Source: Octopus sinensis (lineage: Eukaryota). From it: 64,000 nt of DNA. The stretch is from the NCBI RefSeq assembly GCF_006345805.1, contig NC_042997.1, positions 29,698,001 through 29,762,000 of the forward strand. Reading direction: 5' to 3'. Below the pieces are notes generated by a model, which saw only the letters and a program-made list of their open reading frames with translations, was not told where the DNA came from and ran no database searches. Position 1 is the first letter of the stretch; every line of letters begins with the position of its first letter. Both the position numbers and the translations under genes were made by a program. Positions 13,833 through 25,324 of the stretch are shown here, piece by piece.

Positions 13833-15289
13833 TAAACACATATATGCTATTTTACAAAATACATAATATGCAAAAATATCCATGAATTTTTGTAACAATT
13901 TCTTTCATTAATCCATGTAGGTAGCTTATCAGCTTGTCATAACCGTTCGACGTTTTGTGAAAATGGAGTTAAGGTATAAAACAATATATGAAACCAATTT
14001 CCTAACACTTGACACGGAAAATATTTTCCACTTATTCCAGATATAATGTAGAATTCTGTCAAAAAGGTAATATTACACAATTTACGGATAGAAATATGAA
14101 CTAATATACAAGTCAATATATTTTCTCTGTTGTTATTCTGTTCAAAACTACGTGACTCCATCTCATGTAGTCTTCTGCCGTCTCGAATATTTTATACTTG
14201 TGTTTACTTTGCATATGAAACATTAGATATTCGGCAATTGTTACTACCGTGTGTGATAGAAATACAATGAATCAAAGAAGAGAGGAATAACTGATTGAAT
14301 GAATGAAGGAAGGAAGGAAGTATGTAAGGACGGAAGAAAGGAAAGAGGGGGGTGGAAGGCGGGAAGTAAGTAAATAGGTGAGCAAGGAAGGAAGAAATCA
14401 TGGAATGTGATACAAAAGTGAATAAAAGTATCGTTAAAAAGTAAGCGTAGAGTCAAATTAGCAAACCACCATATGGTGCGAAACTCTCATTCAACTGATT
14501 CTAAGAGCATCCAGTTTGAGTCGATCCTCATTAGAGCCGATCTTTCGTCGTTCCCGCTTAAAATAAATAAAATTAAAATTTTAAGGTAACGACCAAACTT
14601 CAGTAACTTTATTGGCTTTCGTTTCGTTTTTTGTTTAGGCGATTTGAATATTCGAGACAAGTGTAACATTAAGTATATCTTCCCTCATTTATCGTCTACT
14701 TGTTTCAGTCGTTGGACAGCATCATTCTAGGACACTGAACTGAAGGGTTTTGTGGAGAAACTCGGCAGCAGAACATACGTTATATGTTTCGTATTATTTT
14801 GTCGTGCTCTCCCTTCCAAGAGCAAAGTTATGGGTACATAATCAAACCAAACAACAAACCTATACTCATTATCTAGGTTCCGCATAGTGGGAATGAGCCT
14901 GAAAACCGAGTTCTTAAGCACACAACAAACAGAAAATGTAACAAATAACAGAAATAACACAGGAGCGAGATATATATGTGCTATGTATATTTGCACTTGA
15001 TATCCTCGCATTTTTTCACAATTACATGCACAACCACACGTTGCACACAACTCATATAGCGGATAAATATAAAAGGCAAAAGCCTAAATCTAGCTGTAAA
15101 ATATTGATAGGCTAGGATGTAATATTCTTAACCATTTTAAGGTAGCGGATCTAACTCAGGCATATTTGTCTATGTTATACCGCATAAATCTCAAGTGCAT
15201 AAACTTCATATACGCATACATATAATATATGAATATATACATACATGTATGTACATACCTACATATATATGTATATATGCATGCACATA

Positions 15290-15930
15290 TGGGTACAGAA
15301 CATTAAAAAAAACGCAGACAAAATGAGAAACAAGAGCATAAAGAACAAAAACATACTAAACGAAATTTTCGAACAACCAAAGAAACACACAAACAGAAAC
15401 GAGACAGGCAACATTAAAAAAATCCCCTTCATCAGTTGTCCACTATTTTATCCACTCCGCGTTCGGAAGGTAGGGACAAGACGCGACTTCGTTAAAACAG
15501 TCCTTCCCGCAAAGCAAATTAAATAATTTTTTTGCGGAGGGCGAAAGTGGTAATAAACACAGGACAGTGAGAAAAAAACAATAAAAACAAACGGTGAGGG
15601 CTGTTAAGCCAAGACGATGTGAAGTGGTGAACGCTGGAAAAACAGGCTTTGAGAAGAAACAGGTAAAAGCACGTCTTGTCTTTAGGAAGGAAGTGGTAGA
15701 AAGAAAGACGGATAGCCGTTGGTCACGTGTGAGCAACGAGAGAATCAAGGAGGAAGAGTGAGAGAGGGGGAACGGTGAAGGGGAGAGAAGAGGGATAGAG
15801 AAAGGGTGGGAGAGAAAAATTGAAAGGTAGAAGAACAAGAGAGGGTGATAGATATAAAAAAATAGAAATAGAATAAGTGTGCGCATCGTCATTATTAAGA
15901 TAAAACTTACTTGCAAATGGATGCGTGGCG
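15290..15930 (-). mobile_element. Unclassified interspersed repeat inserted in TA/CA microsatellite, probably PLE-derived
   Basis: Composition differs sharply from the flanks and the block is bounded by microsatellite. It contains CTGATGA on the minus strand (15429-15435) and has no coding homology I recognise. Confidence 0.35.
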
Positions 15931-16234
15931 TTCAATCTTTTATAATATAAATAATATATAAATATATGCCTATATACATATATGTACATACCTACACAGG
16001 TAAAAGAACGTCTTATTTATATGTGTGTGTGTGTGCGCGCGCGCATAAATGAAGCAGAAAATGGAGAAATCTTCATCAACATTTCACTACCATCGATTAC
16101 CATTTTTTAATACAAACTTTTGTCCCATCTAATAGCCGTTTCTGCTTCCAATGCCCCACACCGTTGCTAAAGAAAATTCTGAGAATAATATTCGTCACAT
16201 TTTGTAATACATCCGGTTTGGAACATGGAGCTTC

Positions 16235-16591
16235 ATCTATTTACTGTCAATTATGGGAGACACCTTTCGGTCATGAATGACCATGGGATTGCACCTAGAA
16301 AGGTACCCTCCGCGGTACAAGTCCGGGCAAGATTGTTTATGGAAGGCCAGCAGTCGCCCATGCATACCGGCCTCCCCTCTCCACACTACTGATGTTATCC
16401 AAGGAAAAGGCAAAGGCCGAAATAGCTTGGCACCAGTGATGTCGCAACTCATTTCTACCGCTGAGTTAAGGGAGCAACGTGAAATAAAGTGTCTTGCTCA
16501 AGAACACAATACGCAGCCCGGTCCGGGAATCGAACTCACGACCTCACGATCGTAAGTTTGCCGCTCTAACCACTGATCCATGCGCCTTCAC
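16235..16591 (-). mobile_element. tRNA-derived SINE with CORE-like middle domain, 9-bp TSD
   Basis: The minus-strand head has an A box (TGGATCAGTGG) and a B box (GTTCGATTCC), followed by TGTGTTCTTGAGCAAGACACTTTA. TSD tggagcttc at 16226-16234 and 16592-16600. Confidence 0.88.
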
Positions 16592-17499
16592 TGGAGCTTC
16601 TTCATAGTAAAGACAAATACATAAAGTAAAAGAAAGGAAAAGAAGAGCCTGGAGAGGAGGAATGAAGGCTTAATGTATTTGAATCATCATTTTGCAGTGT
16701 AGAGCTTCAGACCATTGAGTAAATGGCTAAACTAGAAAATTAATTAGTGGATTGATATTTCTTCAGGGGTAACAGGGTGTATCAATAATAAAAGGTAAAA
16801 TAAGCACTTTAGCATAACTGTATACGCCAATAGGTTTAGAAAAAAAAGGGAGTGATATTGCCATAACCTTTAGAAGTAATCATAATAGTTCTTAAGATTA
16901 TGTGAATTGTACTAACTGATATTTATCCAAATAACATGCCCATAAATTGATTAAATTTTGTTCCTCACTGATATATTTTAAAGGCCAAACACCTATTTTT
17001 TCCGTCATGGCTTTGGCCAAATTTCAACTGTTAATATAATTGGTCAGTTAAATTTTAAAATAAAAGGCAAGCTATTAAGACCGTTATACGGGTATATGTA
17101 AAAAAAAAAGAAGTAAATAAAAAGTATAAGTATGGAGAAGTAGCATGTGTTAGGACATTGTAGATAAAATACCCAAACATGTAAACAAGCACCATGCGAA
17201 GGAAGGAACTACGGTTAGGAGGAGACTACCGACAAGGGGAGGTAATGGCAAGGGTATTGACCTTCAATTATAGAATTATATTGTCTATCTTCTGAAATAA
17301 CAACCACAGTACACAAGCGGTGATCTTAGTAGACAAGCAGTAAATTGTCTAAACATTCCTAAATACATTCAGCCTAGTGGACCTATGAAAAATTATAAGT
17401 ACAAATCCCCAAATTAATTAAATGTTTACAATTAAATCACTTGCTAATTACTATTATAGCCACAGATAAAGTATCCAACTGCAGTTTGCTAAATCATAG

Positions 17500-17935
17500 C
17501 GTCTATTTCTTACGGTGCATAGTGAAGCATAAAACCGATCCCTTGTTATAATTATGTATATAATCATTAAATACTTCATAAAATTTACCATAAAGGATTT
17601 TATTTCCTCACTGGCTACCAATTATTATTGACTTTGCCCTTTATTATTAAAATTAAGTTTAAATAAGTTCACTCCGTTATCGAAATTTTTAAAATAGTCT
17701 TGAACTTATACGGTGTACTATTCTGATGAGAGACAGTAAGTAAAATTATTTATTTCTTTAAGTTCGAAACCCGTTCATAGTTAACCAGCCTTATTAATTC
17801 ATTATTTCTCTTTTGCTTACCTACAATAAAGTATTTTTATTCTCGGAGATTCTAAGGTAGCAAAAAGGACGTCTATTTCTTACGGTACATCTATTTCTTA
17901 TGGTGCGTGGTGAGACATTAAGCCTATCCCTTATT
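17500..17935 (+). repeat. ~370-390 bp unit with terminal direct repeat and a type I hammerhead-like motif (retrozyme or PLE pLTR-like)
   Basis: cgtctatttcttacggt at 17500 and 17870, with extended similarity to 17935. actat-t-CTGATGA-G...TTC-GAAAC-cc-GTT-c-atagt at 17717-17781. Confidence 0.55.
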
Positions 17936-18798
17936 CCAAAACATTACACACACATATATATATATATATATTTAAGTAGTTGAATGAATTATCTTAGTAT
18001 GGATAATTCGGTTAACCGATACCTGGGTAGCAAAGGCGGCATAATGCACCACTTATTCCTTCGAAATTAGGAATATGCAACCTTCGAAACATATGTCGAG
18101 AATAAAGGAATTTTGTTAAATCGTCGTTCAACTCCATTCTTTCATTTATTTGCATATATATATATATATATATATGTCTGTGTGTGTCTATGTGTGTATG
18201 TGTGTGTGTGTATAAATAGGTATATATATGTATGTATATCAAGCTAAAATATAGGAGGAATGAGAGGTGAAAATATTTATTTACTTATCATTCTTATGAA
18301 TATGGCTGTTTCGCAACTTTCACCATGTAGGCATATTTTCAGCATATAATACATTATGGTTGCGTTTCTGCACTAATATGTATACTATGAGCTGTACAAT
18401 ACATTTGTATATTATTCATAAATCGGTGCAGATAAAGAAATTTACGTCACCTGATCAACAGAACATCATTGTTAAACATATGCTTTAATGCTATATATAC
18501 ATATCAGATGTTTTCTTTTTATATGTAGATCGTGAGACCGATACTAGATAGAATTTACATAATATGCTCATGAAAAATAGAAATATTTTATTTCATTAGA
18601 TTTAAGCGCATTTAATGTTGAAAACAAAAACAGGAATGTTTAAAAGAGCAAGTAATAATAAATAAAAAATATGAAAAATCATACAATAGCATATACGAAA
18701 ATATAAACGAATTCAACAGATTAAACTAAAAGTTAGTGTTGAACAACAGTAGATTTCAAACAGAGGCAAATATTCGGACGACCACGCGTAAAGGCACA

Positions 18799-18887
18799 TT
18801 GATTGATTGATTCTAGTTTCAGCTTATGAGCTGTGGCCATGCTGGGGCACCGCCATTTTTCTTTCTTCTTCTCTTTTTTTTTTCTTT
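18799..18887 (-). mobile_element. A-rich linker plus LINE/SINE-type 3' tail ending in (TCAA)3, fused to the 7SL copy
   Basis: The minus strand reads AAAGAAAAAAAAAAGAGAAGAAGAAAGAAAAA-TGGCGGTGCCCCAGCATGGCCACAGCTCATAAGCTGAAACTAGAA-TCAATCAATCAA. Degenerate tails of the same type occur at ~14685-14745 (-) and ~24315-24370 (+). Confidence 0.7.
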
Positions 18888-19175
18888 AAAGGTTGGAGTT
18901 CAATTATATCGAACAGGCTGCCAGCCGACGACTATTCACAGGCGCGATCCCACTACTGCTCGACACGGGGCCTTTTGCCTGCTGCGTTTCCGCCCTGGAC
19001 TGAAGCGACCCTCCTTAGACAACCTGGTCCTGATGAGCTCCCTCTCCAGCACCATATTGATGCCGAGCTTAGCGCGGACACCCGATCGCCATAGAAGACC
19101 GACTACCAGGACTCCCATCCTCAAACCGGTCAACCAACCAAGCCTCCGAGTAGCTGGATTACAGGAGCACGCCAC
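18888..19175 (-). ncRNA. RN7SL: 7SL / SRP RNA copy, 5'-truncated by ~10 nt (probable retrocopy)
   Basis: The reverse complement reads GTGGCGTGCTCCTGTAATCCAGCTACTCGGAGGCT...CTATGGCGATCGGGTGTCCGCGCTAAGCTCGGCATCAATATGGTG...ACCAGGTTGTCTAAGGAGGG...CCAGGGCGGAAACGCAGCAGG...CAGTAGTGGGATCGCGCCTGTGAATAG...TTT, colinear with metazoan 7SL. It has the Alu-domain UGUAA motif, the helix 6 GGAG loop and the helix 8 GCG-GAAA-CGC with CAGG/AGCAG. The usual 5' GCCGGGCGCG-like start is absent. Confidence 0.93.
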
Positions 19176-19395
19176 AATTTAATCGTATTTTCTAACTACA
19201 CCTCAAAATATTTCCTATCTTCATAAACTGTAGAGAATGCAAAACATTACACACGCCTACATAAAAAAAAAGCTTACATATAAGTACTAACATATTAAAA
19301 ACTACACAGTCACGCTCAAACAGAAGTATACCCTTACACCCATTAGAATACATACAGGCAATAGGAAGACAAAAACACACAAATATATATGTATA

Positions 19396-19908
19396 CTAGC
19401 AGTATCGCCCGGCGTTGCTCGGGTTTGTAAGGGAAATAACTATATAAGCATTTTTAGAGAGTTACTTCCCTTATAGATGCCAATTCGGGCTTTCTTAGCC
19501 ATTTCTGTTTTGGTGTCTTCAAGCCATGAAGTCGTTGTTCTAAAAGAACGCTGGTCTCCTTGACAACGCTTTACGACGTTGATTTCCTTACACTCCCTTC
19601 CCCACAGCTTCACGAGGGAGGGAAGAAGGGGGAGAAGCAAACAGGTGCAGGTGTGACCATGGACGCCAACTCCGCCGCCATCGACACACGAAAAATTATG
19701 CATTAAAATGGAATAAAAAATGATGTTAAGTTATTTTTAAAATCGTAGACTCATCGTAGACCCGCGCTAATACTCAGACGGGCTCGATATGAATCGCGAC
19801 TATAAGATACCCGAATTTGGTTGAACTGCACCGCAAAATGTGGGAGTAGTTAGGAATCTAAATCGAAGGGGACAGACACTCACACAACTACAGTTTTATA
19901 TATATAGA
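19396..19908 (-). mobile_element. Non-autonomous Helitron (family A) with a distinct internal segment
   Basis: CTAG end with the CCCGAGCAACGCCGGG hairpin, TC start and an A/T insertion site. Internal ~19475-19700 is absent from the other copies. Confidence 0.82.
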
Positions 19909-20584
19909 TATACACATAATTATAAATGCATACGCACATGAAAATTCATACAAAATCGCATATACATACACACACAATACAAATACACACACTTATGACT
20001 TTTAAGAGATGCGTCCCTTTCATCCCCTCGAATCAGACATAATATGGCTGATGAGATTCAATCCACGGAGAGAAGGTCGAACTTTTAGAGACTCCGTGAT
20101 TAATTCGGAGATGTAAGTATTTACCATTTCAATAAAAGAAACTTCTCCATTTGCTTATATTTCAGAATTTTGTAAGTCAGTTATGTTTCATTTAAAAAAA
20201 ACCATATGAGATTTTTCGGCGAAACAAAGGCTACATCTTTTGATCCTTTAATATATAGTGTGGATCGTGTCACAGTGTTCCGCATGAGACTGTGTGTTGT
20301 GTAGTTGGCCTTCCGATACCAGATATGGCTGACTAGTCTCATTCTTAATTATTGTATACATATCGGAAAACAGAATGTCGATTAGGCTATCTTTTTTTTT
20401 CATCACGAGAGAGAGAGAGAGAGAGAGAGGGAGATCTACGAAAAGGTTTAGTGAGTAGTGGAAGTGATTTTGAAAGTACACTTGATTTTTTAAAAAATTG
20501 TGAAGTGTACGTTCATCACAGCCTTAAGATATTCCTAAGGTGTCGTCAAACTATAGACTAATATTGGATGGAAACATAGATCTT

Positions 20585-20786
20585 ACCTGTAGAAATGAGT
20601 TACAATGTCATTTTACGATGTATCGGTCATTGCTTTTCCCTTTGAAAACATCTGTGGCGTAGAGAGGGTAGACTTGTATGTATGGGTGACTGCTGGTCTT
20701 CCATAAGCAACCTTGCCCGGACATGTGCCTTGGAAGGGCAATTTCCAGATGCGATCTTTTGGACATTCACAACCGAAGGAAGTCCT
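20585..20786 (+). mobile_element. 5'-truncated copy of the 16235-16591 SINE family
   Basis: Colinear with the reverse complement of 16260-16460 (gtagaaatgagtt...ttccataa...cttgcccggac...ccgaagg). Confidence 0.65.
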
Positions 20787-20839
20787 TTGCATATGAGTTT
20801 CGGTAAAGATAGAAAAATAGGTGGATAGATGCATACATA

Positions 20840-20901
<62 letters not shown>

Positions 20902-20902
20902 C

Positions 20903-21200
20903 AAGTTAATCCAAACAAGAAAACACAAAGAAACACAACAACGCGAGGACGTGGAACAAATATAGTATTATTGGACGCTCAGGAAAGAGGGGAAGAAGGA
21001 GGGATTAACGTTTCGAGCGGAGCTCTTCGTTGGAAACATAGGAGAAGGAAAGATCCAGAGAGGGGAAGAAAAAGGAAAAAAAAATCACCAACGGTACACA
21101 CGAGGTCACATTATGAAAGACCGGAAGTAGAAAGGATGAAGAAATATGTTTTCAAAGACAGAAGAATTATGGTCAAAGACAAGGAATGTAGAAGGGGGAA
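20903..21200 (-). mobile_element. PLE-type non-coding terminal repeat with a minimal hammerhead-like motif
   Basis: The minus strand at 21005-21037 reads tttcCAACGA-A-GAGC-tcc-GCTC-GAAACG-TTA. The element is inserted next to (TA)n. Confidence 0.5.
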
Positions 21201-22770
21201 TGTGTGTGGATGTGTGCGTGTGCGCGTGTGTGTGTGTATGTGTGCAATGATGGCACATGTGTGCGTGTGTGTGTGCATGTGCGTATGGTCGTGGCTGTAA
21301 ACAACAGGCTAGTAGCTGGCTAGTTTGTAAGAATAAGGTGTGGTGTTTTTTGTGTCCCCGCCACATGTCAGGATATTGAAGTATGTGTGTGTGTGTGCGT
21401 GTATGTATATGTATCGTGTGTGTGTTTTGTTTGTAGTGTGTGTGTGTATGTGTATGTTGGTGTGTGTATGCGTAGAGTTTGGATGTGTGGCGAATAACTG
21501 TGCTTTACTTAGTGTATGTGTGCGTGTATGCTTGTACGTGCGTATATGTGTATATATATGTATATATAATTGTGTGCCGTGTGTATGGGATGTATGTGTG
21601 GGTTCATTTGTGTGTGTGTGTGTGTGTATGTATGTGCGTGTATGTATGCGTTTGTATGTGTATGTAAGCGTATATGGATGTATATGCGTGTATCCGTGGG
21701 GTTGTGAGTTTTGGGTGTGTACATTGGTGTGCGTGTGTGTGTGCGTATGTGTGCGCATGTTTTTGTGTGCGTATGTGTGTGTGTCTGTGCCTGTATGTGT
21801 GTAAGTATGTGTGTGTGTGTGTGCCCGTGTAGGTATATATTGTGAGTATGTATATGTATCGGTGTGTATGTGAATTTGTGTATGCGTGTGTGTGTGTGGG
21901 GGGGGTAGGAATTGTGTAGACGTAATGTGCGTGTGCTTCAGTGCGTGTATGCGCTTACGTGCGTGTATGTGTGTGTGTGTCTGTGCCCATGTATGTATGA
22001 ATGTGTGCCTATCTGTATGAATATTGTTTGTTGGAGGTATATGTGGGCATCTGTGCTGGTGTGTGTGTTTGTACGTGTGTATGTGTGTGCGTGTATTGTA
22101 TATATATGCATATGTGTGTGTGTGCGTGTGTGTGTACGTGCGTGCGAGTGAATGTATGTATACATGTGCGTGTGTGTACAAAAGTAGAGGTTTATATGTG
22201 TGTATATATATGTATGCAAGCACACACTTTATAATTGAAAGATTGATGGAAAAAAAATTGATGTGGGTGTATGTGAATCACATATACACACACTGACGCA
22301 CGCCTGTAATACAGCCGACCCCATATGTATGTGTGCATGTATGTATGTGTGTGTGTATATGTATGTATGTAAGTATGTATGTGTGTGTATGTGTGTATGT
22401 ATGTATGTATGTGTGTGTGTATGTATGTGTGTGTATGTGTGTATGTATGTATGTATGTGTGTGTGTATGTATGTATGTATGTGTGTGTATGTGTGTATGT
22501 ATGTATGTATGTATGTATGTGCGTGTGTATGTATGTATGTATGTATGTATGTATGTGTGTGTGAATGTATGCGTGTGTGGGAGGGGGGTTGGAGTTGTGT
22601 GGGCGTAATGTACATGCGTGTGCTTGTGTGCGTGTGTGCGCTTACGTGCGCGTATGTGTGTGTGTGTGTCTCTCTATATATATACGTGTGTAAAAATATA
22701 CGTAGGTACGAATGTATGCATTTTTGTATGTTTCTAAGTAGGTAAGTAGTAGGTAGTTAGGTAGGTAGGT
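21200..22770. repeat. Long compound (GT)/(GTAT)-rich low-complexity tract
   Basis: Directly visible. It generates many spurious H/T/Y/C/V ORFs. Confidence 0.95.
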
Positions 22771-23920
22771 AAGGATTTTGGTAGCTAGGTTGTTCGGGAG
22801 GTATTTTTCAGGGACAAATTGTACATGACACTTTACAGTGTCTCTGGAACTGATATAAATGAGGTATGATCAAACCGGAAACGTAGCCCAACTGCTTGCA
22901 ACGCAAACGTCTTCATTGAAGGTGCAGTAGATACCACAAAATAGTATTAAACTAGGTGACATTTTACGTATACCACCAAAATTAAATCTGTTATATATGT
23001 ATACCCACAAGCTGCTCACTATACGTAAACACACACACACACACGCACATAAACACAAATGCATATATTTATATTATCAACCTCTATATAGATTTCCTTG
23101 GTCAGTTATTGCTTTATAAATCTATTCCGAGCTATGTAGGCGTGTGATACTCAGATATGAAAATTTCATTTTAGCTAACTAAGATCTTTATTATTTTCAA
23201 TAAAAGCCATTGTAAAATTGACATTTATGAAATTATAATGGTAAGCGGAATCTGAGTGTCTTTTCAGTGTATTAATCACAAAATTAAAGTGAAATGTATA
23301 CATTGAAGCTATTATCCGTAGTTGCTCATTCTATGAATTGTGAAATAATATATTTTCATAGTAGCTTCTTCTTAAATATTTTGATCAGAGTAAACAATCT
23401 AATAAGTATATATATATATATATATATATATAGATATCATCTTTCCATTCTATCAGTGTGCCATTGGAACACCAACACAAGTTAGATCAAATAAAGAAAC
23501 TTACTTCATTGAAAAATATAAGCCAAATCTTAACCATTTCTAATATTCTATTCTTTCTAAAGCGAATCGTGTTAAATTAATAAAACCTAGTCATTCCCAT
23601 CATTTTTGATTATATCCTTTATACCGAAAAAATCCGATTACCTTCCCGTGTCTGGAACTCTAATACTTCACTTCATAGCGAAGAGATGACACAATGTCGG
23701 TGAAGAAATTTGAGTAATTTCAAAAGAATATACGAAACTGGTTATTTCTCCGCAAACAATGTTACTTTACACATAGGTTTATACCATTTCACTAACATAG
23801 CGATTTAAATATATTCTTTAACCACATAACACAAGTCTTCTGTAGTTTTTCCCTCTATTTTGTCTTTTATACATCCAACAACGTGCTTTCAAATACCAAC
23901 TCCCTCACCTATACACTTTT

Positions 23921-24162
23921 GACACCAGCATCGGTTGTCAAGCAATGCTAGGGGGACAAACACAGACACACAAACACACACATACATATATATATACGAC
24001 GGGCTTCTTTCAGTTTCCGTCTACCAAATCCACTCACAAGGATTTGGTCGGCCCGAGGCTATAGTAGAAGACACCTACCCAAGGTGCCACGCAGTGGGAA
24101 TGAACCCGGAACCATGTGGTTTGTAAGCAAGCTACTTACCACACAGCCACTCCTACGCCTAT
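23921..24162 (-). mobile_element. tRNA-derived SINE (ataggcgtaggagtggctgtgtggtaag family), partial
   Basis: The minus-strand head has an A box (TGGCTGTGTGG) and a B-like box (GGTTCATTCCC), followed by GGCACCTTGGGTAGGTGTCTTCTACTATAGCC and an internal CA/TA tract. Confidence 0.8.
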
Positions 24163-24769
24163 ATATATATATATATACGTATATACACATACACACGCAC
24201 GTATGCACGCACGCACACACATGTATATTTATATATACGTATATACATGTATATGTAATATGTATATATAATAAGTGTTGAGATCAATTCATTCGACACT
24301 AAAAATTCTTCGAGATGATGCCCAAGTTGGGTCTCAGTCTAAAGACTGAAATAAATATAACATAAAGATAAAGATATTTATACCTGAATTTTAACACGTG
24401 GGTGTAGAAAGAACAGACTTTATTACAACATCGTTACTACTGCTTCAGTGCATCATTATCAGCTGGTAATTGCTGAATATTACATATATTATACGCATGA
24501 TTACATTACTTTTATTCAATAATAGCTATATACATGTTAGTCGTTAGGTTAGTAGCAACAAAAGCACTTAATCGTAAATATAAGCATCCACCCAATGAAA
24601 CATTAAGATAAATTGGAATGGTTTGGAAATAGAAACACAGCGGGAAGTAGAGGATAGAACAAAAGCTTATACACCTAGGAAACACTGAATTAATCTTAAT
24701 AACTGTACGTAGAGAAAATCCAAAATATTGAATTTTCTTCTATCCCTCTAGTGTAAGTTCAACCTAGTA

Positions 24770-24915
24770 ATTGCAAACACAGTCTTCAAACGCGAAGACC
24801 GCCAACTGACCATTTGCATGAATCTTCGTTCCAGCCATTGGCACTTGTCAGACTACGTAATTACCTAGAGAAAAGATCGGAACGGCGTATTGTATACAAG
24901 GGCCACGAGAAGGCT
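24770..24915 (+). pseudogene. RTE-clade LINE AP-endonuclease fragment
   Basis: Translates as ANTVFKREDRQLTICMNLRSSHWHLSDYVIT*RKDRNGVLYTRATR, matching the RTE NT.F......TW.HPRSKHWHLIDYVITR pattern. Confidence 0.7.
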
Positions 24916-25137
24916 CTTGTCTACTCTACCGATAACCATACGGTAATTGTAGAAATACTTTACAATCTTGGTGTGTTGTAAACATTGGCCTTACTTGAAA
25001 ATGCGCACATACTGCGTGAAGTATTGTCTATCTGAGCTGCTTCTTGTGACTTGACAGGAAATAATACAAATCTCAGATATACACAACATCGTCATTCTAC
25101 AACATCACAAAGTTGAATATTGTGCGACATCTTCAGA

Positions 25138-25180
25138 AATAATAATAATAATAATGATAATAATAATAGTAATAATAATA

Positions 25181-25236
<56 letters not shown>

Positions 25237-25260
25237 GATGATGATGATGATAATAATGAT

Positions 25261-25323
<63 letters not shown>
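25138..25323. repeat. (TAA)n/(TGA)n microsatellite
   Basis: Directly visible. Confidence 0.97.
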
Positions 25324-25324
25324 C

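Noticed and set aside
15420-15440. CTGATGA on the minus strand as a hammerhead
   Set aside because: No stem II followed by GAAA and a cleavage triplet could be assembled in this copy.
16515-16591. tRNA genes at SINE heads (also 52726 and 24090-24162)
   Set aside because: A and B boxes are present, but no complete cloverleaf could be formed and they continue into SINE bodies, one with a TSD.
18807-19182. GC-rich ORFs of 79-118 aa that look like an exon
   Set aside because: The GC-rich block is the 7SL RNA copy, so the ORFs are incidental.
21106-22745. Many long ORFs (up to 304 aa) rich in H/T/Y/I or C/V/M
   Set aside because: They are translations of (CA)/(TA)/(CATA) microsatellites, which lack stop codons in most frames.
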